From: Chloroflexota bacterium
Lineage (GTDB): Bacteria > Chloroflexota > UBA11872 > VXOZ01
Reading direction: 5' to 3'
Length of the DNA: 64,000 nucleotides
Assembly: GCA_964291655.2 (NCBI GenBank)
Contig: OZ219801.1
Location: 96,001-160,000 of the forward strand
Position numbers and translations under genes: made by a program. The notes beneath the pieces are model-generated. The model ran no database searches, was not told the origin of the DNA, and saw nothing but the letters and a program-made list of their open reading frames with translations. Shown here one piece after another: positions 1 through 10,630 of this stretch (positions within the stretch are counted from its first letter, which is position 1; every line of letters begins with the position of its first letter).

Positions 1-2
1 CC

Positions 3-1217
3 ATCAACCGCGCCAGTATTCTCGTTGTAGACCCTCATGGGGAGTACGATACGCTGGAGGAAATTCGAAATGCCGCCGAATTCAATGCCGACGACGGTTA
101 CAAGGCAGAGGTAAAGACCGTCCCCCAGGACCAGGTGAAGATTCGTGTATCTGATCTTACGTTCTACGACATGCGCTTCCTCCTCGGCGCGCAATTCGGC
201 CTCTCCGGGCCCATGGAATACGCACTGCGATTGGCGTTGGATCGCGTGGAGGGCGATCGCAAAGACAAGTCCGCATGGACAACGGGTGACCTCTTTGGAG
301 CCTTGGAACTCATGCAGAACGGAGAGGAAGAGCAGGCAGCGGCACAGTCTCGTCATTCCCGCGAAAGCGGGAATCCATCTTCAGACGACGGCGACCTCGA
401 CTGGCTCGACGACGCTGGCAGAGTGGAGCAGCAGAGCAGTCGCGCCAAGCCGGACCTGCAAATGCGCGGCAGTGCACGAGCGTTGCATTGGCGCCTCAAG
501 AGCCTCTTCGCCGAGTCACCGAACTTCGACAACATTGAATCCATCGATCTCCACCAGCTCTTCCGTCCCGGTCTCTGTTCCGTGCTGCAGCTCAACGAAA
601 TCGATCGCCGCCAGCAGCAAGTAATCGTGGCCGTACTCTTGCGCATGATTTGGAAAGCCCGCATGAATGCGGCTAAGGGAATTGGCGGCCCGAAGGACCG
701 ACTTGATTATCCAGTCTTCGTCCTGCTCGAAGAGGCCCATCACTTTGCCCCGGCAAATGAAGACGTGGTCACCACGAATATCCTCAAGACCGTCCTGGCC
801 GAGGGGCGCAAGTTTGGGGTAGGCGTGGGCCTCATCAGCCAACGCCCCGGCAAGCTCGATTCCGACGTACTCTCGCAGTGTATGACGCAATTCCTGCTGC
901 GCATCGTCAACGAGTATGACCAGAGCAGCGTGGCCGCGGCCGTCGAGAGCGCGAGCCATGACCTTTTGATGGAATTGCCGGCACTCTCCAAGGGGCAGGC
1001 GATTGTGGCCGGAGCCGCCGTCAATACGCCGCTTTCAATTCGAGTCAGGAAGCGGATCACGCGCCACGGGGGCATAGAACCCGATGCGCCCGCCGAGTGG
1101 GCCAAGTACTTCTCGGACGAGACGCGCCGCCGTCGCGAAGTGGACGCCTCCGGGCTGCCGGATGGACCGCCGCGCGGGCGCAGCAACATTCTGCGCAAGA
1201 GCAGCGACCGTCGCTAA
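3..1217 (+). CDS. HerA/DUF87-like ATPase (5' truncated by window edge)
   Basis: Frame open from position 3 (ILVVDPHGEY); Walker B VLLEEAH; EGRKFGVG..ISQRP motif typical of the HerA/FtsK-like family. Confidence 0.85.
   Translation: MNRASILVVDPHGEYDTLEEIRNAAEFNADDGYKAEVKTVPQDQVKIRVSDLTFYDMRFLLGAQFGLSGPMEYALRLALDRVEGDRKDKSAWTTGDLFGALELMQNGEEEQAAAQSRHSRESGNPSSDDGDLDWLDDAGRVEQQSSRAKPDLQMRGSARALHWRLKSLFAESPNFDNIESIDLHQLFRPGLCSVLQLNEIDRRQQQVIVAVLLRMIWKARMNAAKGIGGPKDRLDYPVFVLLEEAHHFAPANEDVVTTNILKTVLAEGRKFGVGVGLISQRPGKLDSDVLSQCMTQFLLRIVNEYDQSSVAAAVESASHDLLMELPALSKGQAIVAGAAVNTPLSIRVRKRITRHGGIEPDAPAEWAKYFSDETRRRREVDASGLPDGPPRGRSNILRKSSDRR
351..380 (+). repeat. Palindromic element (GTCATTCCCGCGAAAGCGGGAATCCA type) inserted in frame in the HerA gene
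   Basis: Hairpin ATTCCCGC-GAAA-GCGGGAAT translated as RHSRESGNP; intergenic relatives at 26056-26085 and 48304-48329. Confidence 0.75.
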
Positions 1218-1309
1218 AGAGACCCGCGCCGACTCACTATGTACGCTGGGCAGTAAGACCGGTCACGTTCACATGCAATCATTCTTCGCCCACATAGAGG
1301 ACTATCCAG

Positions 1310-2365
1310 ATGCCCTTCAACTATGAGTACGACCGGCGCATACGCGCAGGCTTCATCGGCTGCGGCAAGCACGCCTTTCAAAGTATTCTGCCCAGCTTGC
1401 AGTATGCCTCGGTAGAGTTGGTGGCGGTCTGCGATCTCATTGAGGAACGCGCCCGGTTTTGTGCACGGCAGTTTGGCGCCCTGCGCTGGTACACCGACTA
1501 TGCCGAAATGCTCAATCAGGAGGAGCTTGACGCAGTCTTTGTAGTGCTCAATCACGACATTCAAGGGCGACCGCAGTACGCGCCGGTCGCGATTGACGTG
1601 CTGCGGGCGGGACTCCACGTTTGGATCGAGAAGCCGCCGGCATCGACGCTGGCCGAAATCGAGGAGATGCAGGCGGCGCGGGAACAAGCGCAGCGCTTCG
1701 TTCAGGTGGGCTTTAAGAAACCCTTCTATCCTGCCATCCAGCACGCCAAGGAATTAATGTCCCAACCGGAATTCGGCGCACCGACGTCGGCGTATGTCCA
1801 CTACGCCGTAGACTTGCCACCGGTCGAGGGGCGACCCCACAGTCCCGAGATGATGCGCTTCCTCCAGATCGGCTGTCATCCACTCTCGATCTTGCAATTC
1901 CTGCTTGGTCCGGCGCAGACGCTCTATTTCGCCGATGAAGCGCGGTGGGGCAGTTCATTAGGGGTCTTCACGTTTGCCAGCGGCAGCATCGGCTGTCTGC
2001 ACCAAGCCGCAGGCAAAGGGGAAAATGCGCCGTGGGACCGTGTGGAGGTGAATGGCGAGGGTGCTTCCATAGTGGTTGAGAATGGCATCGACCTTACGTA
2101 CTATCCGCCGGGACAGCCGCGCTCCAGGGAGTCATTCGTCAGCGATGACGCCGCCGCTCCCCGCCGCTGGCTGCCAGACTTCTCCCACGGACGTCTTGCC
2201 AACAAGGGGCTCTTCCTCCTGGGCTACGCTCCCGAAATCATCGCCTTTGCCGAGAGCGTGCTCGAGAATACGCCGCCAAAGACGGCAACGCTCGAGGACG
2301 CCCATGATGTCATTCGCATGTATCTTGGTTACACCCAAACTGCGGGACAGGTCATTACGCTGTAA
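1310..2365 (+). CDS. Gfo/Idh/MocA family oxidoreductase
   Basis: GFIGCGKHA Rossmann motif, IEKP motif, RBS GAGGA upstream. Confidence 0.9.
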   Translation: MPFNYEYDRRIRAGFIGCGKHAFQSILPSLQYASVELVAVCDLIEERARFCARQFGALRWYTDYAEMLNQEELDAVFVVLNHDIQGRPQYAPVAIDVLRAGLHVWIEKPPASTLAEIEEMQAAREQAQRFVQVGFKKPFYPAIQHAKELMSQPEFGAPTSAYVHYAVDLPPVEGRPHSPEMMRFLQIGCHPLSILQFLLGPAQTLYFADEARWGSSLGVFTFASGSIGCLHQAAGKGENAPWDRVEVNGEGASIVVENGIDLTYYPPGQPRSRESFVSDDAAAPRRWLPDFSHGRLANKGLFLLGYAPEIIAFAESVLENTPPKTATLEDAHDVIRMYLGYTQTAGQVITL

Positions 2366-2400
2366 ACCTTGTCTTTGTGTAAGCTGAGCTTACAAGTGCT

Positions 2401-2424
2401 GTAGCGCGGGGGCTAGTCCCCCGC
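2401..2424 (+). repeat. GTAG-type REP (family B)
   Basis: GTAG followed by GCGGGG..CCCCGC hairpin; second copy at 25262-25283. Confidence 0.7.
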
Positions 2425-2523
2425 TTCCTTCTCTTCCTCAGGCACGCCAGCGCGGAGGCTAACCATGATCGGAAAACCTGCGTAGCCTCAACTGCTTAGA
2501 GCTTAGTAATTAGTGCTTAGAGC

Positions 2524-2575
2524 TCAAACCGGCGGCGGTATCGGCGGCAGATCGTAGTCGCGCACTGCCAAGGCC
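2524..2575 (-). pseudogene. Duplicated 3' tip of the aldo/keto reductase gene
   Basis: Encodes ALAVRDYDLPPIPPPV* versus ALEARDYDLPPIPPPV* in the intact gene, with synonymous changes. Confidence 0.8.
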
Positions 2576-2581
2576 ATTGCT

Positions 2582-2607
2582 CCGTTCGTGCTGAGCTTGT
2601 CGAAGCA
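2582..2607 (+). repeat. Palindromic repeat CCGTTCGnnCTGAGCTTGTCGAAG family
   Basis: Near-identical copies at 29007-29033 (+) and 29597-29622 (-). Confidence 0.75.
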
Positions 2608-2684
2608 TGGACTGAGCCAAGCGCTAGAATTCTCAATCCAACGAGACCGACTAATGAAGCTTTGAAAAGCTCGTCGCTCTTTCC

Positions 2685-3644
2685 TCACACCGGCGGCGGA
2701 ATAGGCGGCAGATCGTAGTCGCGCGCCTCCAGAGCCAAGACCTGCGCCATTTCCTCAGTTGTAACCGTCTTGCCACCCGAGGCCCGTACGTTGTCCTCAA
2801 CTTCGGCAACCGTCATCGCCCCGGGAATCACGCCATGCACGCCCGATGTGGCAAGCACGAACTGCAGCGCGGCCTGCGTCATCGTGCGCCCGTTCGTGAG
2901 AAAGTCCAGCTTCTCCACACGCGCCAGCACGGCATCGATGAAGGCCGACGAAAATTTGCGCCGGTCGTCATGATCGTCGAAGACCGTCTTGCGCGTAATG
3001 GCGCCGGTGAGGAACCCAAAGTGGAAGTTTTCTCGCGCGATTACACCCACGTTTCTTGCATCAGCCAATGGGAAGAGTTCCTTGGCGGGCAAAGTGTATA
3101 AGAGACGATATGCCTGCTGGATGACATCCACCTGCCCCTGGTCGATGAGACGCATCGCCAGTGGAATACCCTCATCTACTGACATGACGGAGAAGCCTGT
3201 GGCCCTGATTTTGCCCTGCTCCTTCAGGCGGACGAGCGCTTCCAGGCCGTCGTCACGAAAGAGATCCTCATCCGGGCTATGGAGATAGTAGATGTCCAGG
3301 TAGTCCGTACGCAGGCGGCGCAGGCTCTGCTCGACTTCGCGCATAACCCTTGGGCCTGAGTAGTCAAAGCTCTGCCGCCCGCCGGGAAACATGCCCACCT
3401 TGCTGGCCAGCACCACCTCGTGACGCCGCCCCGCGATGGCATCACCGATCACCTCTTCACTGCGGCCGTTGCCATATATGGGAGCCGTATCGATGTGGTT
3501 TATGCCAAGCTCCAAGGCGCGCAAGATCGCGCCCCGCGACTCCGCGTCGTCCGCCCGCCCATAACGGTCGCCGCCCATCCCCCACGTCCCCAACCCCACC
3601 TCCGAGATGCGAATGCCCGTCCGCCCTAACGTCCGGTATTCCAC
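2685..3644 (-). CDS. Aldo/keto reductase
   Basis: VGLGTW, IDTAPIYG, LASKVG, SLRRLRTDYLDIYYLH motifs; GTG start behind GGGAGG. Confidence 0.92.
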   Translation of the reverse strand: MEYRTLGRTGIRISEVGLGTWGMGGDRYGRADDAESRGAILRALELGINHIDTAPIYGNGRSEEVIGDAIAGRRHEVVLASKVGMFPGGRQSFDYSGPRVMREVEQSLRRLRTDYLDIYYLHSPDEDLFRDDGLEALVRLKEQGKIRATGFSVMSVDEGIPLAMRLIDQGQVDVIQQAYRLLYTLPAKELFPLADARNVGVIARENFHFGFLTGAITRKTVFDDHDDRRKFSSAFIDAVLARVEKLDFLTNGRTMTQAALQFVLATSGVHGVIPGAMTVAEVEDNVRASGGKTVTTEEMAQVLALEARDYDLPPIPPPV

Positions 3645-3838
3645 AGTACAAACCTCCCTGCCACTGGGTTTCCTTGGCACTCATTCTCGTACATCTTGAA
3701 TTCGGCGTCCATGCATCGACATTACTCTCGTGCTGCCTTCGTCACCTTCCAATTGATGGGGCGCTGCAAGCTTCTTGTTGGGGAATTGGATACTTCATTG
3801 CGAAATTTCGCTCTTTCCAAGCGAACACCTGAAATGTA

Positions 3839-3870
3839 TGTCACTCCGCTGCGCTTCATTCGGAATGACA
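3839..3870. repeat. Short TGTCA(C/T)TCCG...CGGAATGACA palindromic element
   Basis: 10-bp inverted repeat with one mismatch; ends match the elements at 22728-22818 and 49638-49767. Confidence 0.55.
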
Positions 3871-4066
3871 CATGTTCCTGTCGAGCACAATACATGGATC
3901 TCTTGCTTGTTTTATTGAATATGCTGGCAAATTACCTGACACTTCCATCCGCGCGATAGGCCAGTCAGGCCTACACCGCCCACATTTTCATTCGACATGC
4001 GGCTGGGCTTTCCGGTATTCTGTTGCTGGTTTCTTGTATCAGTTAACAGTCTGGTTATTCCCTGAC

Positions 4067-5251
4067 ATGAAGATTCACGAATTTCAAGCGAAAGACATTC
4101 TGGCGCAGTACGGGTTGCCGATTCCGCCCGGGCATGTGGCGACCACGCCGGAGGAGGCGCGGGAGGCGGCGGCCGAGATTGGCGGTACCGTGGTCGTAAA
4201 GGCTCAGGTGCTTGTCGGCGGTCGAGGCAAAGCGGGTGGCGTAAAACTAGCCGCCACACCGGAAGAAGCCGCGGAGAAGGCAGCGGACATCTTGGGCATG
4301 GACATCAAGGGCATCACCGTACAGCGGGTCTTGGTAGCGCAGGCCGTAGACATCGCTACCGAGATCTATCTCGGGGTGATCCTCGACCGCACAACGAAGG
4401 CCATCACTATCATGGCAAGCGCAGAGGGCGGCGTGGAGATCGAGGAGGTCGCGCGGGAGACGCCGGAAAAAATTCATCGCGTGCACGTGCACCCCCTCGC
4501 CGGATTCGCCGACTACCAAGGCCGCCAACTGGCGTTCGACATTGGCATTCCGTCCGACCTTAGCAGGGATTTTGCACGCATCGTCAAGACTCTCGTGCAG
4601 GCGCTCACCGAGAACGACGGCGAGCTGGTTGAAATCAACCCGCTGGTCATCACCGAAGACGGTACCATTCAGTGCATCGATGCCAAGATCAACCTAGACG
4701 ACAACGCCCTCTTCCGCCACAAGTCTCTCGCGGATCTGAGAGACCACGATGAGGAAGAGCCCGCGGAACGCGCGGCCCGCGAAGCAGGGCTGTCGTTCGT
4801 CAAGCTGGACGGCACCATCGGCTGCGTCGTCAACGGCGCCGGACTTGCCATGGCGACCATGGACACGATCAAGCTGAGCGGCGGGAGTCCGGCTAATTTT
4901 CTCGATATTGGCGGCGGCGCTCGAGCCGAAAGCGTCGCCAATGCCCTGCGCATCATCCTCGATGACGAAAACGTAAACGCCATCCTCTTCAACATCTTTG
5001 GCGGCATTACCCGGTGCGACGAGGTAGCGCGGGGAATTGTGAGCGCCCTGCCGTCGCTATCCCGTCAGGTGCCGATGGTGGTGCGCCTCGTCGGCACTAA
5101 CCAGGCAGAGGGTCGCGCAATCCTACAGGAGGCCGGGCTCGTGGCCGCCGACACCATGCATGCCGCTGCGCAGGAAGTAGTGAGAGTGGCGGCTGTGCCA
5201 CAGGCGACTGCGCCGAAGGCGGCGGCAGTGCCGAAGGCGACGGGCTCATGA
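4067..5251 (+). CDS. sucC: Succinyl-CoA synthetase beta subunit
   Basis: MKIHEFQAK start, [36 protein letters not shown]. Confidence 0.97.
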   Translation: MKIHEFQAKDILAQYGLPIPPGHVATTPEEAREAAAEIGGTVVVKAQVLVGGRGKAGGVKLAATPEEAAEKAADILGMDIKGITVQRVLVAQAVDIATEIYLGVILDRTTKAITIMASAEGGVEIEEVARETPEKIHRVHVHPLAGFADYQGRQLAFDIGIPSDLSRDFARIVKTLVQALTENDGELVEINPLVITEDGTIQCIDAKINLDDNALFRHKSLADLRDHDEEEPAERAAREAGLSFVKLDGTIGCVVNGAGLAMATMDTIKLSGGSPANFLDIGGGARAESVANALRIILDDENVNAILFNIFGGITRCDEVARGIVSALPSLSRQVPMVVRLVGTNQAEGRAILQEAGLVAADTMHAAAQEVVRVAAVPQATAPKAAAVPKATGS

Positions 5252-6120
5252 GCATACTAGTCGATGAGCAAACTCGCCTGCTCGTACAGGGCATCACCGG
5301 TCGTGAGGGCACGTTCCATACGGAGCAGATGGTGCAGTACGGTACGCAGGTTGTGGCAGGTGTTACTCCGGGCCGCGGGGGCCAGGAGGCATGCGGTGTG
5401 CCGGTCTACAATACGGTTTCCAAGGCGGTCCGCGAGACGGGCGCAAACGTCTCGATCATTTTTGTGCCCGGTCCTTTTGCGCCGGACGCCATCTTAGAAG
5501 CGGTGGATGCCGGTGTATCCTTCGTGGTCTGCATCAGCGAGCACATTCCCGTCCAAGACATGCTGCGAGTCTTTCATTATGTACATCTCAAGGGCGCACG
5601 CTTACAAGGGCCAAACTGCCCTGGCCTCATATCACCAGGTAAGGCCAAAGTGGGCATTATGGCAGGTGACATCCACATGCCCGGTCCCGTGGGCGTCGTC
5701 AGCCGCTCCGGCACGCTTACATATGAGGTGGTCTCTCATCTCACTGGCGAGAACGTCGGACAGTCCACCGTCGTCGGCATTGGCGGCGATCCGGTGATTG
5801 GCACCGGCTTCATCGACGTCCTGCGCATGTTTGAAGGTGATCCGGCAACTGAAGCGGTGGTCATGATTGGCGAAATCGGCGGCACCGATGAGGAGGAGGC
5901 CGCCGCTTACATCAAGGCACACATGACCAAGCCCGTCGTTGGCTTCATTGCCGGTCGCACCGCCCCACCGGAGAAACGCATGGGACACGCCGGCGCAATC
6001 GTCTCGGGCGGCATTGGCACGGCGGAATCAAAAATCAACGCGCTTCAGGCCGCAGGCGTGGATGTGGCAGATTTCCCCCGTGATGCGGCGCTGCTGGCAG
6101 CCGATCGAATCAAGGGATAA
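5248..6120 (+). CDS. sucD: Succinyl-CoA synthetase alpha subunit
   Basis: [22 protein letters not shown] phospho-His motif; ATGA overlap with sucC. Confidence 0.97.
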   Translation: MSILVDEQTRLLVQGITGREGTFHTEQMVQYGTQVVAGVTPGRGGQEACGVPVYNTVSKAVRETGANVSIIFVPGPFAPDAILEAVDAGVSFVVCISEHIPVQDMLRVFHYVHLKGARLQGPNCPGLISPGKAKVGIMAGDIHMPGPVGVVSRSGTLTYEVVSHLTGENVGQSTVVGIGGDPVIGTGFIDVLRMFEGDPATEAVVMIGEIGGTDEEEAAAYIKAHMTKPVVGFIAGRTAPPEKRMGHAGAIVSGGIGTAESKINALQAAGVDVADFPRDAALLAADRIKG

Positions 6121-6161
6121 CTGCTGAAGAAGCTTTCATCTATGTGGAGGGCAGGGAACCT

Positions 6162-7475
6162 ATGGCACTCTTACTTGGCGCCGCACAACGCAACATTTCG
6201 CCCCCTTTGGGCACGCACATGGCGGGTTATTACCACGTACGGCCGGCCAGCGCCGTGCATGATGATCTCTTTGCCAGGGCGCTCGTCATCGACGACGGCG
6301 ACACAGCAATTGCGCTGGTAACTTGCGATCTGGTCTCTATTCGTGAAGAAAGCGTTGTCAACGCTAGGCAGCAGATCGCAGCAGCCACCTACATTCCCGG
6401 CGGCAACGTGCTTATCTGCTGCACTCATACGCACACCGGCCCCATTACGCGCGGCGACCGTAGCTCAGCCACTTTTGGCAGCATGAGCGAATCGTACATG
6501 GCGAACCTGGAAGCGCAGATCGCCGGGGCGGTGCAGGAAGCATGGGAATCCCGAACGCAAGGCACATTGCGCATTGGCAAGTCACAAGAGACTCGCATTG
6601 CCTTCAACCGCCGCTTCCACATGCGTGACGGCAGTGTCAAAACAAACCCGGGCAAGAACAATCCCGATGTCATTGAGCCGGTCGGTCCTATCGATCCCGA
6701 CGTTTACGTGCTGCTCGCGGAAACCAGCCGAGGCGATCCTATTGGTGTACTCGTCAATTACTCGCTCCACGCCGACACAACCGGCGGCGACCAGATTTCG
6801 GCCGACTATTCCGGTTGGATGGAGAAGCACTTCAAGAATATGTCGCCGGAGTTAGATGATGCCGTCCTGCTCTACGCCAACGGCTATTGCGGCGACATTA
6901 ACCATGTCAACGTGAACGATCCAGACCAACTCAAGGGGTTCGCAGAGTCTGAGCGTATCGGCCGCTCGCTGGCTGAGAGTGCCACCCAGGCGTTATCGCA
7001 CTTGGAGCCACTACAGGGTGGAATCGTCCATGCAGCCCAGCAATTTGAAGCGCTGCCCGCGGTTGTTCCGACCGCGGAAGACATAGCCTGGGCACGGGAA
7101 GCGGTGGCTGCCTCACCGATGGGCGGCGGCCCGGGACGAGACGATCTGGTTAAGGCGCATCGCGATCTGGCACTACAGGAGTTGAATGAGCAGCACTTCG
7201 CCACGGAAGTCCAGGTATTGGCCGTTGGCAACGTCGCGATTACGGCCCTCCCCGGTGAGATCTTCGTCGAACTTGGACTCGCAATCAAGGAGCACTCGCC
7301 GTTCGAGCACAATCTGCTGGCAGAGCTGGCAAACGGCAACCTGGGGTACATCTGTACGGAAGCGGCATATCCGCAAGGGGCATATGAGCCGACATCCAGC
7401 CGCGTACAGCCGGGATCCGGCGAGCAACTCGTCCGCGCGGCTCTCGACCTGCAGCGTACGATGGCTGGGACATAA
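6162..7475 (+). CDS. Neutral/alkaline ceramidase-like metal hydrolase
   Basis: NISPPLGTHMAGY, HDDLFARAL, THTHTGP, NYSLHAD, LPGEIF motifs. Confidence 0.7.
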   Translation: MALLLGAAQRNISPPLGTHMAGYYHVRPASAVHDDLFARALVIDDGDTAIALVTCDLVSIREESVVNARQQIAAATYIPGGNVLICCTHTHTGPITRGDRSSATFGSMSESYMANLEAQIAGAVQEAWESRTQGTLRIGKSQETRIAFNRRFHMRDGSVKTNPGKNNPDVIEPVGPIDPDVYVLLAETSRGDPIGVLVNYSLHADTTGGDQISADYSGWMEKHFKNMSPELDDAVLLYANGYCGDINHVNVNDPDQLKGFAESERIGRSLAESATQALSHLEPLQGGIVHAAQQFEALPAVVPTAEDIAWAREAVAASPMGGGPGRDDLVKAHRDLALQELNEQHFATEVQVLAVGNVAITALPGEIFVELGLAIKEHSPFEHNLLAELANGNLGYICTEAAYPQGAYEPTSSRVQPGSGEQLVRAALDLQRTMAGT

Positions 7476-7713
7476 CACAGATGGAGACCGTTGCCGCCGC
7501 TGCTTGCGCCCCCATGCCGGCGTGATATCAGCACGAGCGCACCCTCGCTGTAGCACGCTGCTGTATCGATTGGCTCCGCTGGTTTATAATTGAAGAGGAA
7601 TATACTATACTTGCTTTGCGCTATTGAATTGCGTTTGAGGAAGCATATCCTTGGACGGGGCAAGCGCAAGAGCACTAACAATCGACTATTGCAGGAAGTA
7701 AAGTACACGGATA

Positions 7714-9492
7714 ATGACGAGAAACGACCTAGTCATCCGCGTCGCTGGTGAGGCAGGCGAAGGGATTGTCTCAACCGGCCAACTGCTCACCCCAGCGGCA
7801 CTGCGGGGCGGATTCCACGTTCTCACCTACTCACAGCCGCCGTCCGAGATTAAGGGCGGTCATGCCTTCTATCAAATCAGGCTCAATGCGTACCGCTCCT
7901 ATAGCAAAGGCGATTCCGTAGATATCCTTCTCGCCTTCAATCAGGAAGCATACGACCGCAACGCAGCCGAAACGAAAGATGACGGCTTACTGGTCTATGA
8001 CCCTTCAGAGGTGACGCCGTCTGCCGATAGTCACTTCGTGCAAGTAGAATTCCCGCTCAACGACATCGCCAAGAACCAGCTCAAGTTCCCCATCGCCAAG
8101 AATGTCGTGGCGGTTGGCGCGCTGGCGGAGCTCTTTGGCTTGCCGACAAAGCACCTTGATTCCCTCATCGAAGAGCGATGGTTGCGGAAAGGCGAAGCGG
8201 TAGTCCAGAAGAACCTGGACGCATTGCGCGCGGGCATTGACTATGTCATTGCACACGTCCCGCAGCGGGAGAACTTTGCCCTCTACCCTGAGAAATCTCA
8301 TGCCGGTGAAATCATGGTAAGCGGCAGTGAAGCAATTGGCCTTGGTGCAATTGCCGCCGGATGCGGCTTTATGGCGGGCTATCCAATTACACCTGCCAGC
8401 GACATCAAAGAATTCTTAGAGGTACACTTGCCGAAAACAGGCGGCCACGCGCTGCAAGCGGAAGACGAACTTGCCGCCGTCGGCATGGTGCTGGGAGCAT
8501 CGTTCGCGGGATCAAAAGCGATGACGGCGACCTCCGGCCCCGGTTTTAGCTTGATGATCGAGATTCTTGGACTTGCAGCAATGGCGGAACTCCCCTGCGT
8601 CATCGTGGACGCGCAGCGGGCCGGGCCTTCAACCGGTATGCCGACCCGCCACGAGCAGGGCGATCTCTACCAGGCCGCCTTTGCGGGACATGGCGAGTGC
8701 CCCCGCATCGTGTTGGCACCCACATCGGTAAGAGACTGTTTCTACCAAACGGTTAATGCATTCAATCTCGCCGAGAAGTACCAGACTCCCGTCATCTTGC
8801 TTGGCGATACGCTGCTTAATGTGCGCTCAGAGAGCATTCCCCGTCCCGATCTGAACGAAGTCGCAGTAATAGACCGTCTGTTGTTCTCTGAGAACGGCAA
8901 CGGCATCGGAGAAGACGTCGGCGTCGGTGACGAGGTCGGTAGCATGAACGGTGAGTATCATCGCTACGTGCTCACGGAGAACGGAGTCTCACCCATGGCC
9001 GTCCCCGGCCAAGAAGGCGGGCAGTATATTGCCACCGGCCTTGAGCATAACGAAGAAGGCCTCCATCGCTATGACGAGGCAACGCATACAATCATGACCC
9101 AGAAACGCTTCCGCAAACTCGAGCGCGCAGCTCTTGAGGCGCCAGAGGCGGATCGATTCGGCAACCCGGACGCTGAAATTGGCATTCTCACGTGGGGCTC
9201 TACTGTGGGATCCGTCATCGAGGTGATTCGCCAGGCGGAGAATGAGGGCTTAGAGCTCGATATGTTAGCGCCAAGAATGCTCATGCCGCTGCCGGACCAT
9301 GAGCTGCGGCCCTTCATCGAAAGCAAGCGTGTGATTATAATCCCGGAGGTAAACTACGTCGGTCAATTCGCCAACATGGTCTCGAGCCAGTTCCCCCGCG
9401 ATTACGTGCGGATTAACATATTCGGCGGCATGCCGTTCCGCGTCGACTGGCTCCTGGAAAAGATTAGGGAGGAAGTGGCACAGTATGTCTAG
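7714..9492 (+). CDS. korA: 2-oxoacid:ferredoxin oxidoreductase alpha (gamma-alpha fusion)
   Basis: AGEAGEG, AGYPITPASD, QAEDELAA, TSGPGFSL, QRAGPSTGMPT; TCA context suggests 2-oxoglutarate as substrate. Confidence 0.9.
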   Translation: MTRNDLVIRVAGEAGEGIVSTGQLLTPAALRGGFHVLTYSQPPSEIKGGHAFYQIRLNAYRSYSKGDSVDILLAFNQEAYDRNAAETKDDGLLVYDPSEVTPSADSHFVQVEFPLNDIAKNQLKFPIAKNVVAVGALAELFGLPTKHLDSLIEERWLRKGEAVVQKNLDALRAGIDYVIAHVPQRENFALYPEKSHAGEIMVSGSEAIGLGAIAAGCGFMAGYPITPASDIKEFLEVHLPKTGGHALQAEDELAAVGMVLGASFAGSKAMTATSGPGFSLMIEILGLAAMAELPCVIVDAQRAGPSTGMPTRHEQGDLYQAAFAGHGECPRIVLAPTSVRDCFYQTVNAFNLAEKYQTPVILLGDTLLNVRSESIPRPDLNEVAVIDRLLFSENGNGIGEDVGVGDEVGSMNGEYHRYVLTENGVSPMAVPGQEGGQYIATGLEHNEEGLHRYDEATHTIMTQKRFRKLERAALEAPEADRFGNPDAEIGILTWGSTVGSVIEVIRQAENEGLELDMLAPRMLMPLPDHELRPFIESKRVIIIPEVNYVGQFANMVSSQFPRDYVRINIFGGMPFRVDWLLEKIREEVAQYV

Positions 9493-10351
9493 TGTAATTA
9501 CTGCAGAGAAGCGGAAGGTTGCCGACTATAAGGGCGATGAGCGCCCGACGTGGTGCCCCGGTTGCGGAGATTTCGGTGTCCTCAACGCTGTATTTAAGGG
9601 GCTAAGCGAACATAACTTCGATCCCAAGAATGTGATCATCGTCTCCGGCATCGGCTGCTCCAGTCGCCTGCCCTTCTTTACCAATGCCTACGGCTTCCAT
9701 ACGGTGCACGGGCGCGCGATGCCCGTTGCCGCCGGGATTCGCGCGGTACAGCCGGAAATGCCGGTCTTGGCCATGGGTGGTGACGGCGATGCCTTCGCCA
9801 TTGGGGTGGGACATCTCATTCACGCCATCCGACGCAACCTAAACATTTGCTACGTGGTGATGGATAATGCGGTGTACGGACTTACCAAAGGGCAGACTTC
9901 TCCCACCGCCGAGCGCGGCCTGGCGACCAAAGCAACGCCGCAAGGCGCCAGCGACCCGGCCGTAAATCCGCTTCTCCTTGCTCTCGCCACCGGTTGCACG
10001 TATGTCGCTCGCGGCTTTTCCAGCAAGCCCAAGGAACTGGCCGACCTCATCGCCCGCGGCATCGCGCATCAGGGGTTTGCCTTCATAGATACGTACAGCC
10101 CCTGCCCAACGTTCAACACGGTCAACACCTTTAAGTATTATCGGGATGCCACAGAAGATCTTCCCGTCGACTTCGATCCCACGAATTTCAACACCGCCTT
10201 GCAATTTGCCGCCAGTGAAGACCCCCTCTATTTGGGTCTCTTTTACCAAGATGAACAGCCTACCTTCGAGGATCGCATCCTAAGCAACCGGCCGGAAGAA
10301 ACAAGCAGTCCAATGACCGTGGTGGAGAATCTGTTCGAACAGATGAGCTAG
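9485..10351 (+). CDS. korB: 2-oxoacid:ferredoxin oxidoreductase beta subunit
   Basis: TWCPGCGDF, SGIGCSSR, GDGD TPP motif, NAVYGLTKGQTSPT. Confidence 0.9.
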   Translation: MSSVITAEKRKVADYKGDERPTWCPGCGDFGVLNAVFKGLSEHNFDPKNVIIVSGIGCSSRLPFFTNAYGFHTVHGRAMPVAAGIRAVQPEMPVLAMGGDGDAFAIGVGHLIHAIRRNLNICYVVMDNAVYGLTKGQTSPTAERGLATKATPQGASDPAVNPLLLALATGCTYVARGFSSKPKELADLIARGIAHQGFAFIDTYSPCPTFNTVNTFKYYRDATEDLPVDFDPTNFNTALQFAASEDPLYLGLFYQDEQPTFEDRILSNRPEETSSPMTVVENLFEQMS

Positions 10352-10386
10352 TAGTTGGTCATCGCTACACTCTAGAGAAGTCTCGC

Positions 10387-10420
10387 AAGCGGACTCCATA
10401 AAGCTGGAGTTCGCTTTTAT
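10387..10420 (+). terminator. Intrinsic terminator after korB
   Basis: AAGCGGACTCCA-loop-TGGAGTTCGCTT followed by TTAT. Confidence 0.7.
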
Positions 10421-10449
10421 GCGCCTGCTTGCGAGCATCGGAGCTTTGC

Positions 10450-10479
10450 TTAACATTCATGCCGCCTGGATTGTATACT
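10450..10479 (+). promoter_or_regulatory. Putative sigma70 promoter for the sdh operon
   Basis: TTAACA-18 nt-TATACT. Confidence 0.4.
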
Positions 10480-10630
10480 AGTGGCTGAGGGCTGGAAAAT
10501 CGCCACGTCTGAAGCGTGTACTTCGCTGTAGGTGGCGAGACAATTATCCAGCCTATTTTGCAGTAATGTGACGACGTTTTCGGTGCCTAGGCACCGACCT
10601 TGAAATTCAATTGCGTGGGAGTGCCGTACC

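Noticed and set aside
3-1217. HerA-based antiphage system
   Set aside because: Partner gene (NurA, SIR2, nuclease) would lie outside the window; repair versus defence cannot be distinguished
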